A DNA stretch of 64,000 nucleotides, from NCBI GenBank assembly GCA_013265495.1, contig MU058217.1, positions 124,001 through 188,000 of the forward strand, in the 5' to 3' direction. Shown one piece after another: positions 13,130-25,263 of the stretch; positions within the stretch are counted from its first letter, which is position 1, and the number at the start of each line of letters is the position of its first letter. The position numbers and the translations under genes were made by a program. The stretch is from Vicugna vicugna (lineage: Eukaryota). The notes below the pieces were generated by a model that had not been told where the DNA came from, searched no databases, and saw nothing but the letters and a program-made list of their open reading frames with translations.

Positions 13130-13340
13130 ACAGCAGCTGACATTTATGAAGTACTTTCTACGTGCCAGACGCTGTTTTAACAACGTCATGTGCCTCATCT
13201 CATTTAATACTCGCACAACTTCTCTGCTGTAGGATCCTATTTTATCCTCATTTTACAGGTGTGGCTCAGAGAGGTTAAGAATTTGTTTAATGTCACACAG
13301 CTAGTTTAGTGATAGGGCCCGAGTTTGCAATCGCCATGCT
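13130..13340 (-). mobile_element. MIR SINE
   Basis: tatcctcattttacagg...ggctcagagaggttaag...tcacacagctagt core. Confidence 0.75.
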
Positions 13341-14764
13341 AGTCTAGGATTACTTGGAGGGTTAGGTATCCTTTAAAAGGCGACAGCATAAACACTGGAC
13401 TGCATCAGGATGTATCTGCTAAGATATTTACTAAAAGAAGTTAAATGAAAGAAGCTTAACATACGCACGCTGATCAAATCCCTGTGAAAACATGTGGATG
13501 TGTCAGACACGATGATCAGGGTGAGGAAGTGGGGTTTCTCATCTCTTTGAGGCTTCCTTTCTCTGCAAAGCTGTGTATTATTTTTTTTAAGATATCTACC
13601 TGTGCGTTTTATGCCCCTGAGGATGAGCAACCTACTCTCTAATTTGATATGTGAATCCTTGCTGAGATGTTCGGGCATGAGACTGGCCTCAGTTCTGCTC
13701 CTTCTCAGCAAAGGCATTTTACAGGGATCTTCTGAAACAAAGCCTTGGCTGAAGGCTGGCTTTGGGGTGTGCGATTGGCTCTGGGGAGTCCTCAGAGATG
13801 GAGGAAAGAGCTTCCGGGTGACGGGGATGGGGGATCCTTGTGAAGTGTCACAGAAGTGTCAACTCAGTTACAAAAGCTACTTTCCCCCTTCTCTGCTCTG
13901 CGTTATCCTCCCAGCCCTCAAGTGCCCCGGGTGCTTTAAGAAGGGGTGGAGACAGGAAAGCCGAGGTCTCTAGTGTTGAACTGAGGCAACTCTGGATGGG
14001 CAGACAGGAGTCCTTGGGGAGGGGCAGTGGGAGCAGAAGGCTCACCAGGGCGTCAGTCCAGGTCGGGCAGGTACACACTGCTCTGTCCAGCTCTGGCCTG
14101 ATTTCCTTCCTCTGGCCTGAAGAGCTTCCCAGAAGCAGAAGCGATCTGAAAATCCCCCATGAGCTGAGTCAGCCTAGGAAATACTGAAGGAAATAACGCC
14201 AAAGCCAGGCGGAGAGGAAAGAGAAGACAGGAGGCGTGGGCAGGGGGGCGGGGAGTGGAGGGGGAGGGTGTGTGGAAACTCTGCTGCCTGAAGTTGATCA
14301 TATTTATGCCAAAGAAGCCTGGTGAATGGGAGCACCATTGCCAGCTTCAAACGCTTAGGCAGACACTCATGAGAAAAGAGACGGAACGTGCTCTGTCTAG
14401 AGGCTTGCTGCTGTAAGAGTGGTCCAAGCAGCATCCGCTGGGCGCTCAGAGACACAGAATCCCAGTGCCCTTCAAGACGCAGCGAATCCAAACGTGCGCC
14501 TGAACAGGATCTCCAGGTGACCTGCGAGCACGTGAAACCTGAGAGGCACGGCTCTGGGGCAACTCCACCTGCACTGTCGTTCAGAGACCAGTGCCCATCT
14601 CTGCACTGTTTGCTGATGGTCTCCCACAGGATAAGGACAGAAACTGAGAGTGTTGGGAAGCTTTTAAAGTCATTTGACAACTGCAGTGACACCCAACCTC
14701 CTGGTCGCTGGACCACACGCTGCCCGTCTTTAATGCTGCAGACCTGGCATGAGCCGAGAACTCA

Positions 14765-14945
14765 GCACGCCCAGCAGGGCTCAGAGGCACCAGGAGGGCT
14801 CGCTAAAGTGCAGCCAGCTGAGCCCATCCCCAGACTGTCTGAGTCATTAGTTTGGGGGCAGGGCCTGGGAATCTGCATTTCCAACACACTGCCAGAGGAC
14901 GCTGATGCTGCTAGTCCTGGGGTCGCAAGCTGAGAACCACAGCAC
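14765..14945. mobile_element. MER5A-like hAT MITE
   Basis: gcccatccccagactgtctgagtcattag...gggcctgggaatctgcatttccaaca...gagaaccac. Confidence 0.75.
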
Positions 14946-15169
14946 AGACTGGAAGACAGGCCCCAACCAGTGGCGAAGAGTTACAAGACCCAGATTCCTG
15001 CTTAATAGAAGGGAGAATGTTCTAACAGTTGGCGTTGTGTAGCCCAGAAACAGGTGAGCTCTCCCTTTACAAAATGCGTTCAGTCCTTACCTCCCTCAGA
15101 CCTCACAACAGCCCTGAGACAGAGCAATAGCAAGTTGTTACATGATTGTTTCTAATTTTTTAAAGCACC

Positions 15170-15270
15170 TTATTTTTGTTTTTTTTTTCCTCCTAAACAG
15201 AGGCACTGGGGATTGAACCCAGGACCTCATGCACGCCAAGCACACGCTCTACCCCTGAGCTATACCCCTC
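15170..15270 (-). mobile_element. tRNA-Ala-derived SINE (Vic-1-like)
   Basis: Reverse strand reads ggggtatagctcagggg tagagcgtgtgcttggc...cctgggttcaatcccc (A and B boxes) plus an A-rich tail. Confidence 0.85.
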
Positions 15271-15624
15271 ACTCCGCTATCGTTTCTGTTTTCACAGATG
15301 AGGAAACTGACTTGTCCAAGGTCAAATGGCAGAACAGGTCCACACACTCAATAGCTCAGATGGAGCCTGAGGGGCCTCCCTTCAGGTGATGCTGAAGGGA
15401 CTCTGGCACTGGGTGGCAGTTTGGGTCTGACAGTTTTAAGGCCCCTTCTACCATAAAGAAACTGGAACCTCTTTCATGAATTCCAGCCATTAGGCTTCAC
15501 TGGCGCTCAGGCAGATTTGTCGCCCATTACCCTTCTGCCCCAGAGGTGAAGCTCTCCTTCCACTGGGAGTCAGGCTCTGGGCCAAAGTACTCAACTATCT
15601 TGAGCCTCAGACCCTAGAGGGGGT

Positions 15625-15905
15625 GCTGTGGTGGTGGCTGACAGCTCTCAGCCAGGTCCCTCCCCAGGTATTGCCCTCCACCCAAGAAAGCCACCTCACC
15701 CAGGGTCATGCCCCCGTCCCCAGGGCAGTCTGCACGCAAAGACCAGGCAGAGAGGGCAGAAGGGATGATCCCCTTGCTCAAAGCAAGATAACACAGAAGA
15801 GCCATCTCAAGTCCAGAGTCCAACCCCCACCCACACCCCAAGCCCATGGGATCGAAGGAGACTCCTGTTGTGACTGCATCACAATTCACGACTTCTCCCA
15901 CAACC
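15625..15905 (+). mobile_element. LTR16-family (ERVL) LTR fragment
   Basis: ggctgacagctctcagc...attgccctc...cctcacccagggtcatgccccc...gactgcatcac matches recalled LTR16 consensus. Confidence 0.65.
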
Positions 15906-16224
15906 AACCCGCTGCCTTTATTCCCCTACGGGTTGTTCAGGAGACCCAGAGAGAAGAGTTCACAGCTCCCAGTGTATGAGCTGTACGGCCTTGGGCACAG
16001 CAAACCTGTTTTCCCACCTGTGAAATGAAAATAATAAAGTCAATTTCATAGGACTATAGTGGGAATTAAAAGAGACAGTTCATGGGACGTGATTATAAAG
16101 CCCAGGCTCACCTTCAGCACTCAATTAACAGCAGCAGCATCACCGTCGTCATCATCTCGGAGGCTGATCATTCCTCGGGAATCACCAAATACTCTCAGGT
16201 GCAGCCGAGTCAGTGTCAGAGGGC

Positions 16225-16378
16225 TTCAGTCCTCCAAGTGTGGTCTGTGGACCTCTGGGTCTTGAAGTCCCTTTCACAGGGTCTGCCAGGTCACAGCTAT
16301 TTTCACTGTAATTCCAAGATATCATTTCTCTTTTTCGCTGTGTCGACATTGGTACTCACAGTACTAAAGCGGTGGTAC
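16225..16378 (+). mobile_element. Charlie1-type hAT 5' end fragment
   Basis: aagtgtggtctgtggacctctggg...ccctttcacagggtctgccaggtcacagctattttca...gtgtcgacatt. Confidence 0.65.
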
Positions 16379-16869
16379 CAATCTACCTAATGGGGCTAGA
16401 GAGCGAGGAGGACTGTCGTCCACCCTTCTACACCGATGCTGCTACTTCTGGCCAAGCCTCCGATGAACAGCTTTGGAGTCAATGTGAATGTACCTGCTGC
16501 ACCGAGGGCCTGGGGCTCTGCAACTTGGCTTTCTGGAATCCCCCATTTCCTCTCCCACTCCAAAAAGCAAGCCCATGAGGCACCTCCCCAAAGCATCACA
16601 TCTCCCACAAGCTTACAAACACTTGTTTTTCCACTCAGCCTCCCTAGGCTGGTGTAAATGATCTGTGGTCCACCCACTGCCTCCAGCGCTATAGAGCCCA
16701 GAGAGAGCGAGACACCCACCTGCTCTCCTCATGATGGTAAATGGCTACTGTAACCCATGGGGGGCGCTCCAGGGCCCTGGAGAGAAACAGTGCAACAAAG
16801 ATGGTGGTGAGACACTCAAGTCAGGATCCTGTATTTCTTGGCTGTAGACACTCATGGGAGTGAAATAGC

Positions 16870-18440
16870 TAAGGAAGAAATAACTCCCAACTTACCCAAA
16901 CTCTTACAGAGAACAAACCAACCAAAAAACTACACCCCAGCTCATTTGATGAAGCCAATGTATATAAATGTTGATATCAAGACAAAAGTTACATGTCAAT
17001 CTCAATTATGAACATGAACACAAACGCAAAAAAATTCCAAAAAATTACACTAGCAAACTGAATCCAGGAATATATAACAAAGATAATATATCCTGCGATA
17101 AGACCAGGTTTATTCCAGGATGGTAAATGGGACTGAACATTGTAAGAATCAATTAGTGTTAACATTCTACATACACAGATTAAAGGAGAAAAATCATATG
17201 ATCATTTCAATGGGTGCAGAAAAGAAATGTTTGGTAAAATTCAACACCTGTACACCATTTTAAGTGTGTACCTCCATTTGCTATTAAAAAAAGAAATGCT
17301 CCTTCTTAAACTAGGAACAAAAGGGAAATTCCATGATCACACAGAGTCTTTGCCAAAAAACCTTGTGAAAAACATCAGTCTTAATGGTAAAATGTTGAAA
17401 GCTTTTTCTTTGAGATCAGGAATAAGACATGGGTCCCCTCCATCATTATTTTTATTAATCAGAGTACTAGAATTTCTGCCTAATATAACACAGCAGGAGA
17501 AAGATACAAAAAAAATACAAGGGTCAGGATGGAGGAAACAAAAAACTGTCATTATTTGTCGATTGTCTTCATCAAATTTTCTAAGAAATCTACATATACA
17601 AATATTACAACTAACAATAATTCTTATTTATTATTAATAGGGGTTTAGCGTGGTAGCTGTTTTCAAAAATAAAAATACACTAAATGCAATGAGGTATCCT
17701 GGACTGGATCCTGGAACAACAGAAAAAAAAGGACACTATTGGAAAAACTGGTGAAATCCAAATAAAGTCTGGAGTTTAAACAGTAATGCCCCAGTGTTGG
17801 TTTCTTAGTTTTGATGGGTGTGCTGTGGTTACGTCAGATGTCAGCACCAGGGAGAACCAGGCGAGGGGGATATCGCAACTCTGTGCTGTCTCTGTAAATC
17901 TAAAATTAATCCAAAATTAAAAGTTTATTTATAAAAAATTAGAAACCAAAAAGCACAAATAAATTGGACTTGTATATTCCAGCACGAAATGGGTAGACAA
18001 CGGTTTTTATAATTATACTATTTATAATTGAATTTTTTCAAATCAATTTCCTAGCAGCAAATAAAACAGAGCACCCACAAGACAACTACAGAAAAAACTG
18101 ACAGAACGATTAAATCTTAAATTATTAAGAGCTGGTTTAAAAAATCCTGAAACAAAGATAGAGCACGTTCATTGATTAGAAGACACTACAGAATAAGGGT
18201 GTCATTTCCTCCCAGATCAATTTATAGATTTGGTACGATCCAAATTAAACGTTTCCATCGCCTTTTTCTTCTTTCCTTCCTTCCTTCCTCCCACACACTT
18301 CCTCCTCTCTTTTTTCTCTGTCTCAGTAGCAGTTAAAAAGTTAATCTCACATTTTATAAGGAAATGTAACAGACCAAGAATAACTAAGGCATCCCTGAAA
18401 AACAAGGTGGAAAGATTTGCTTGCTTGACCAAAAGGGACC
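16870..18440 (+). mobile_element. Degenerate old L1 ORF2 segments with an inserted L1MC-like 3' fragment (~17670-17935)
   Basis: Decayed RT residues in ORF 17227..17637 (ISLNGKMLKAFSLRSGIRHGSPPS..LF..VLEFL); ggtatcctggactggatcctggaaca 3' UTR motif. Confidence 0.8.
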
Positions 18441-19590
18441 CACGGGGCATAGGAAAGAATGGTTTTTTGTTGTTTGGTTTTTTTCCCAATAGAAGCAGTT
18501 TAGTTTTAACAAGTAGGATGCTACAGAAAATAGCTAAGATTTGAGTGCTCCCACTTGCCAGGCACTGCTCTAAACTTTTTTCGTATATGTACTCACTCAA
18601 TCCCCACAATGTTCCAAAGACATAGCTGCTGTTCTTGCCCCGTTTACCGTCATTAGGAATGCCAGTGAGAACAAGGCACAGCCAAGGCCCACAGCGGAGT
18701 CCCTGGTCCCCAGAGGACTCTGACTGCCAACACCCTCCAGAGAGATGTGGGCACACACCGAGCTCCCTATCTGAGTGGACCTGCCCGACACAGGTTATCT
18801 CCAGAGAAGGACCCAGGATACCACGTGGGACCTCTAAGAGCTTGTTTCAGGCTCAAATTAGCCCCTAGCACTTACTCACAAAGCTCTGGAAAGTGTGTGT
18901 GGGGTGGGGGGGTTGAGGGGAAGGGAGCAGGGAACTGAGATGCAGACAAAAACTTCCTAGTAAATTAGGATTCCTACTGGTGCCAAGAACTGGGAATTCC
19001 CAGAATATTTCCTTTTGTTTTTTCCTCTTTAGCCTCTGTGCCCTTCAAAAGACCCCTGGCATCTAAAGAAAGCTTCTATAATTCTGTTTCCAAACGTTAT
19101 GTAAATCACCCCCACCCCTTCTTTGGAGGGCCAGGGAGGAACTGAGTAGGGAAGGGGTGAGCGCTGCCCTGGCCAGGCAGAGTCTAGACGGCAGCGTGGT
19201 GCGGGTAGGGGCCCAGGGAACTATTACACAACGTCTCCCCATAAAAAAATGCAAGCCTGGGGGGGCCGGGGGCAAGTGATGCCCAGATCACCCAACTCAT
19301 GTCATCAGCTATTAGAACTTCTGGGGAGGAGGGACCACTTGGACTTGCGTGTTTCCAGGCTGGCCCCGGACAGTTGAGCCAGGGGCACACCACCCCGGGA
19401 GGCTTCCTCACCACTGCCCAGGGCGGGCAGAGGACGGGGGCAGCTAAGAGGTCTGGGACTTGATTGTAATGTTTGTCCTTAGACTTCATCCTGTATGAAA
19501 AATGTCGGTTGCCCTTGAAACTAAGGATCCAGGGGAAATGGTATGCACCAAAGAATGTGTGCTCTTCCCTTGCCAGACAACCCCCCCGAG

Positions 19591-19624
<34 letters not shown>
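19591..19624 (+). repeat. (AAT)11 microsatellite
   Basis: Directly visible. Confidence 0.95.
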
Positions 19625-19625
<1 letters not shown>

Positions 19626-20316
19626 CACTACTATTATTTATATTTATTGAGTGCTTGCTATGTCCTACACACCTTTTAAGCTTTCACTCCCCCTTGAGCC
19701 CCATGAGGGCAGGACTACTGTGCCCATTGTAGACTTAGAAACAGGTTCAAATTTGCCCGAAGTCACCCTGGAGCCTGGATGTGACCCTAGGGGTGACTCG
19801 AGCCTACACTCTCCCGCACTTCGGTACATGGCTCCTCGAATAGAAGGCAGGCAGAAAATCCCAGCCTGGCGTTCTCCACAGGCCCTTTAGTCACTCTCCA
19901 GACTTTGCCTGAGCCACTTTGTAGGACCTTGGGGTCACGGGGTGGGGGGGCTCCCTCAGGGCAGCTGTGGTCCAGCATTTGCTAGGTCTCTGTCTTATCC
20001 AGAGGCCCTCGGGGAAGGTTCTCAGGACTGCAATCAGTGGCAGCTTCTCCCTGATGCATCCACCCCCTCACCCTAGTGGGCTCTGGGACCCCATTGCAGG
20101 GGCGAGATGCCCTGTTGATCCAGCAGGGATGTGCTGGTTCACAGAAAGTCACGTGCTGTGACTCAGGCACACAGTGACATCCCAGCCTTCCTACACCTGG
20201 CTACGTCGTGTTTCCTCGGGGGCAGTTCTAGCCCTCTGGTCAGGAGGTGCAAGGTGTGAAACAGACACTGACCATCATCCTGCATTTGGGGTTAGAGAAT
20301 GCCTTCTGACACCCAA

Positions 20317-20317
<1 letters not shown>

Positions 20318-20357
<40 letters not shown>
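20318..20357 (+). repeat. (CA)20 microsatellite
   Basis: Directly visible. Confidence 0.97.
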
Positions 20358-20362
<5 letters not shown>

Positions 20363-21067
20363 TACTTCCTGTTGGCTTTCCTTATCCCACAGAAGAACAA
20401 AGCCGTTTTCAGCCTTAGCCTGTACAATCATTGCCAGCCTATTTCCAGGCACTTGTGAGAATCCTTTTCATTACCGCCGACTCCTCTTTCTGCCCTGCCA
20501 GTGTGTTGAGGCTTTTCCGTAACCGCCTTTCCCTCTGCCTGCAGCTTGGATGTATGCCCCTCAGACCCCCGTCGCTTTTTCTGCCTCGCTCGCCCCTCTC
20601 TCATGCTGCCTTTCATGGCTAAGACTGATCTCTGCCCAGCAGGTTTTGTGATGCTTCCTGCCATGAGTCTTTCATCGCCAGCCTGTCTCGTCTGCGATAT
20701 GTTAATAGGAGCTCCCTGTGGGAGGATTCGCTCCTTCTCGCCCCTTAGCCCTGGGAAGTTCTTTTCTGGTGCACCAGGACTGCCCAATTTCTGTCAGTAT
20801 CGGTCCACCAACTTATTTTCTTCTTTGTTGACTTTACCCTCCCTGGGACCAGACTGTCAACTCTGTGAGGACAGGCACCCATCCTGTCATGTTCGAGACC
20901 ACATCCCTGGTACCTGGGACAGTGCCAAGCACACAGCAGCGGCTCAGAAAATATCTGCAGAATTTGCTAAACCCACCAACCAGACGTCCTTAATTGTTCA
21001 AGTCATATCACAACATAAATGCACCTGTGAGGCAAAATATAATGGAGCGGTTCAGAGAGCAGGATGT

Positions 21068-21246
21068 ACAAACTATTGTATATAAAAGAGATGAACAACA
21101 ACGTCCTACTGTACAGTTCAAGGCACTATATTATCTTGTCATAACCTATAATGAAAAAGAACATATACATGTATAACTGAATCACTATGCTGCATACCAG
21201 AAACTAACACAACATTGCAAATCAACTAGACTTCAATTTACAAAAG
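21068..21246 (+). mobile_element. 5'-truncated L1 3' end with TSD
   Basis: taactgaatcactatgctgcataccagaaactaacacaacattg; flanked by GAGCAGGATGT at 21057-21067 and 21255-21265. Confidence 0.85.
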
Positions 21247-21890
21247 AGAGACGGGAGCAGGATGTGAATGCTGGCTCCACAAAAAAAAAAAAAAAAAAAA
21301 AAAAAGAAAGAAAGAAAGAAAATAAACAAATGGGGTTATCAGCAGTACCTACTTCAGGGTTACCGAGAAGAGCAAATGAGTCAATACTTGTAAATCACCT
21401 AGAACTGGCTCTGGCGTGAAGCGAACATTCAGTAAATGCTAATGGCAACCGTCATTATTCACCCTACAAACTCAGCGTGTACTAGGAGCAAAAAGATGGA
21501 AAGGACGTTATCCTGGCATGTAAGGCAGCCAGACAATGTGCTACCGGAAAGGAATGAGAGGTTGCAGGGTCCCTGGGACCAGAGCAACTATTCCCACCTG
21601 GGGGCACTGGGAAAGGCCAAGCTGGGTCTTCAGGGCTGACCAAGAGATGGCCGGGTGAGACGCGGGAAGGGGCCCCGCAGGCATGTGACTGAGGCGTGGG
21701 GAGGGAGGCGGAGATAAGGCGAGAAGGGTCGTTTCAGACCTGACTGCTAGAGACTAAGTAGATTATACTTAGTGTACAATTAAAATAAAATACAAGCTAT
21801 CTACACAGGTTATTCAGAACTCTGTCCTGAAAATACCCCTAAACTAGGTTCTCCCTTTCCTAATCTAAAGGTCCAATAGATTTTCCTCTT

Positions 21891-22021
21891 GTATTTTTTT
21901 TAAATTCGGGAGGAGAGGTAATTAGTTGTTTTTTTTTTTTTTAATGGAGGCACTGGGGATTGAACCCAGGACCTCGTGCATGCTAAGCACGTGCTCTACC
22001 ACTGAGCTATACCCTCCCCCC
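21891..22021 (-). mobile_element. Vic-1-like SINE with TSD
   Basis: Full tRNA-like head and tail; flanks tagattttcctctt / tagaatttcctctt (one mismatch). Confidence 0.92.
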
Positions 22022-22279
22022 TAGAATTTCCTCTTTTCAAAAGCATAGCATGTCACAAGGGAATAGTCAATGTTTCCAACCCTATTCCCTAAAGCTGGTG
22101 CCTTTTCAACTATCTTTAAAGTAATTATAAATAAGCTTAAGACAATTATTAAAAAAGACCTTAGAGGAAGCAGAGTGAAATCTATAATCAAACCATATGA
22201 TCAGATCATAAGCAGTTTTTAATTTGCCAAACCTTTAGCCTTTCAAACTAATAACAGCCTCTTCGGCACCATCTCAACA

Positions 22280-22410
22280 ATTCACTCATTCAACAGATAT
22301 TTAATGAACACCTATTATGTGCTCGGCACTGTTCTGGACCTTAGGAATAAAACATGGAACAAAAGAGCCAGAAATCCATACCCTCGTGGAGCTTGATTCC
22401 AGGGGAAGAT
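22280..22410 (-). mobile_element. L2 3' end
   Basis: cactcattcaacagatatttaatgaacacctattatgtgctcggcactgttct. Confidence 0.7.
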
Positions 22411-24099
22411 CATTTTTAACTTGCTGCTGACAGAGATATACGTGGGGTTTGCAACAACAATATTTTGAAATTCCTTTAAAGGATTTAATGCATTAAAACT
22501 CAAGTTGAGAGGTATTTGGTGTGTGTGAGAAATTAGGAAAACTCAACTGGGAAGACGGCCAGAGGAGTCTTTTTTGTTGATTGGGGCTGCTGGCTTCTCA
22601 TATCTTGTTTTTTCCCAAGGTCAGTATCTAAGACCCGTAATCCACCTTATTCCTCACCATGGTCCTTTAACTAAACACGGGCAGACCACACCATTTGGAA
22701 ATGTGTTCAGCTGCAAGTATCAGAGAGCTCAACTACAAAGTTTTAAACAATGTGAACATCTGCTGGAAGAAGGCTCACTGTTTGGCAGCTCAGCTGTATC
22801 ATCCTGGCTCTTTTTTTATATTTCTGTTCTTCCATTCTTAGTGTGTTGACTTTCCTTTCACATACTCGTAGCATTGTGGTCCCAAGAAGGCTGCCCTAGC
22901 GCTAGACATCACTTCTGCATCCAAGATGGGGAAAAAGAGGGGAAGATGACATTAGTGAGCGTTCAACTCATCTCTTATTTAAGGAAGAAAAATCTTCCCA
23001 GAAGCCCCAAGTAGACGTCTTCTCATTGGCCCAAACCAGGTCCCATGGCCACATATGACTCAAGGGAGTCTGGGAAAATCTGTACTTGGTTTTTCAGGTC
23101 CTGTAATTGGAGGCAGCAAGAGCAAAAAGGGCGGCCAGAAATGGCTTGTATAGGCAAACAACCATGTCTGCCAGAATAGCCAGAGAAACCACAAGACACC
23201 AGACTGAAGGTTGCTCAGGCCATTTTAGGCTGGGAAATTTTTACAAACAGAAAAAAAAAGGCACATTTCAGATTGAGCCCAAATATTTTGACTTAGACCA
23301 GAGCTAGGTCCATCTTAGGGAAAACCCTAGGCTGGAAAGCCCCTCTGCTCAAGGAAAAGCCCCTGTGTCCAGAGGTAGGGCTCCTGGCTCTGGGGCACAG
23401 CTGGAAACTCTGAACCAGGAAAGTGGATGATGGGTTATACTGAGGAGTCAGCAGAAATTGATATTATGCTAATAATGTGGCTTCGTCAGTAGTCAGGGAT
23501 CAAAAGCTAGAGGAGGGGGCATCTCCCATTTCATGTTGATCACGTAAGCCCATCGATCTTGAACATGATTGTGTCAGGAATAAGGATGGGACTGAGGGAA
23601 CCAAGTCCACTTTCCCATCAAGAATAGCCTTTTTCCTGACCAGCTGAACTGTACCCTTTACCCAAGTTATGTAAACACTTGCTACCACCATTATGAGTCC
23701 AAAGGTCTCATTTATGCTGACTCATGGGGCTCTGGGCGCCCACACACTGGGAAGTTGGGAAGTGACAATTCAGTCAAAACAGAAGTTTGGCGTGATACAG
23801 TAAAAAGGAAAAGAAAAAACCCAAACAAAGTTTCATGTGTGTCTCTGTACATGTGTTTGTGAGAAAACACACCCACATACAATGTTAAAAGGCCACACTG
23901 CCCTGATTACACCCTAAGTCCAGGCCTGTCCTTGCAGCTCTGACCACATTCAAATGTCTTAATTCAATAAGGGATTTTGGATAGCCACAATGTCTTTCTT
24001 TCATCCGGATGACCTAAACCAAGTTACTTTGGGAAGAGAGTAGAATTCATTATCATGCTGCCATGATTGGAGACATTTTCAGAAAAGTGAGTGTCACCC

Positions 24100-24240
24100 A
24101 GATTTATCCATCTCTTCATCTATTCAGCCATCCACCCATCCAGCCATCCACCTATCCACCTATCTATTTATCCACCCATCGCACCCCCATCCATTCATCC
24201 ATCCACCTATCCATCCATCAACAAACACCCATTCATTTCC
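24100..24240 (+). repeat. Imperfect (TCCA)n tetranucleotide repeat
   Basis: catccacccatccagccatccacctatcc... Confidence 0.85.
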
Positions 24241-24889
24241 TTCACTATCCTCTTGTCTTCCCTGCCTCACAGAGATGCACTTTCACCCTGTTAGTCTTCA
24301 CTCTTCACGGGGGATGCCTTTCTCCCTTCTCCATTTTGTGAAAACCCACCGATCCTTAAAATCCAGGTTCAGCTCTCTTTTGGAAGGTGCTTCCTGGTGC
24401 GCCACTGTAAGCCCACGGTGTCAGCTTCCATGTTAATTCTTATGGTACTTATGTTTTGCACCCCCTTTTATTATGTAATAAATCCCAGCCTTCAACATCT
24501 CTTCACTCCTGTATTGCATTGCTCTTGTCTCTTGTGATTGAAACATTCTCTATTATTTTTTATCTCCCCAAGTAAATTGTAAACTCTATGAGGAGAGAGA
24601 CTGTGGGTTTCACTTCTTTGCCACCTCCCTCTACAGCTGGCCTTTTGCATAACATTATGCAAATTGTAGGCACTCAACAAACACACGTTGATTGGGTGCA
24701 GTTTCGTCTGTGGAGTGGGGATAATATTGGTGTTATGGGAATTCTGTGAGGATTAACTGAGACAGTGTACGTTAAAGACTCTTCTTACACTGCAGAGTCC
24801 TAAAGACATTATTGATAATACTGCTTTACTTTAATAAAAACAGTAAGAGGCACTTATGTTTTTGCTCCTTTGCTAGAATAAGAATTCCA

Positions 24890-24892
24890 AAC

Positions 24893-24930
<38 letters not shown>

Positions 24931-25263
24931 AAGAAAGAAAAAGACACTAATGGACTTACCTACAAAACAGAAACAGACTCACAGACATAAAAAAACAAAC
25001 TTACAGTTACCAAGGGGAAAGACGGTAGGAAAGGGTAACTTGGGAGTTTAAGATCTGCAAATATTAACTACTATATATAAAATAGATTTTAAAAAAAATT
25101 CTTCCGTATAGCACAGGGAACTATATTCCATATCTTGTAATAACCAATGATGAAAAAGAGTATGAGAATAAGCATATGTATATATATGTGTGTGACTGAA
25201 ACATTATGCTGGCCAGCAGAAATTGACACATTGTAACTGACTATACTTCTATTTAGAAAAAAA
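24890..25263 (+). mobile_element. L1 3' UTR fragment with expanded internal poly(A) tract
   Basis: acaaaacagaaacagactcacagac, gtatagcacagggaactatattc; flanks aagaattcca / aagaaattcca. Confidence 0.88.
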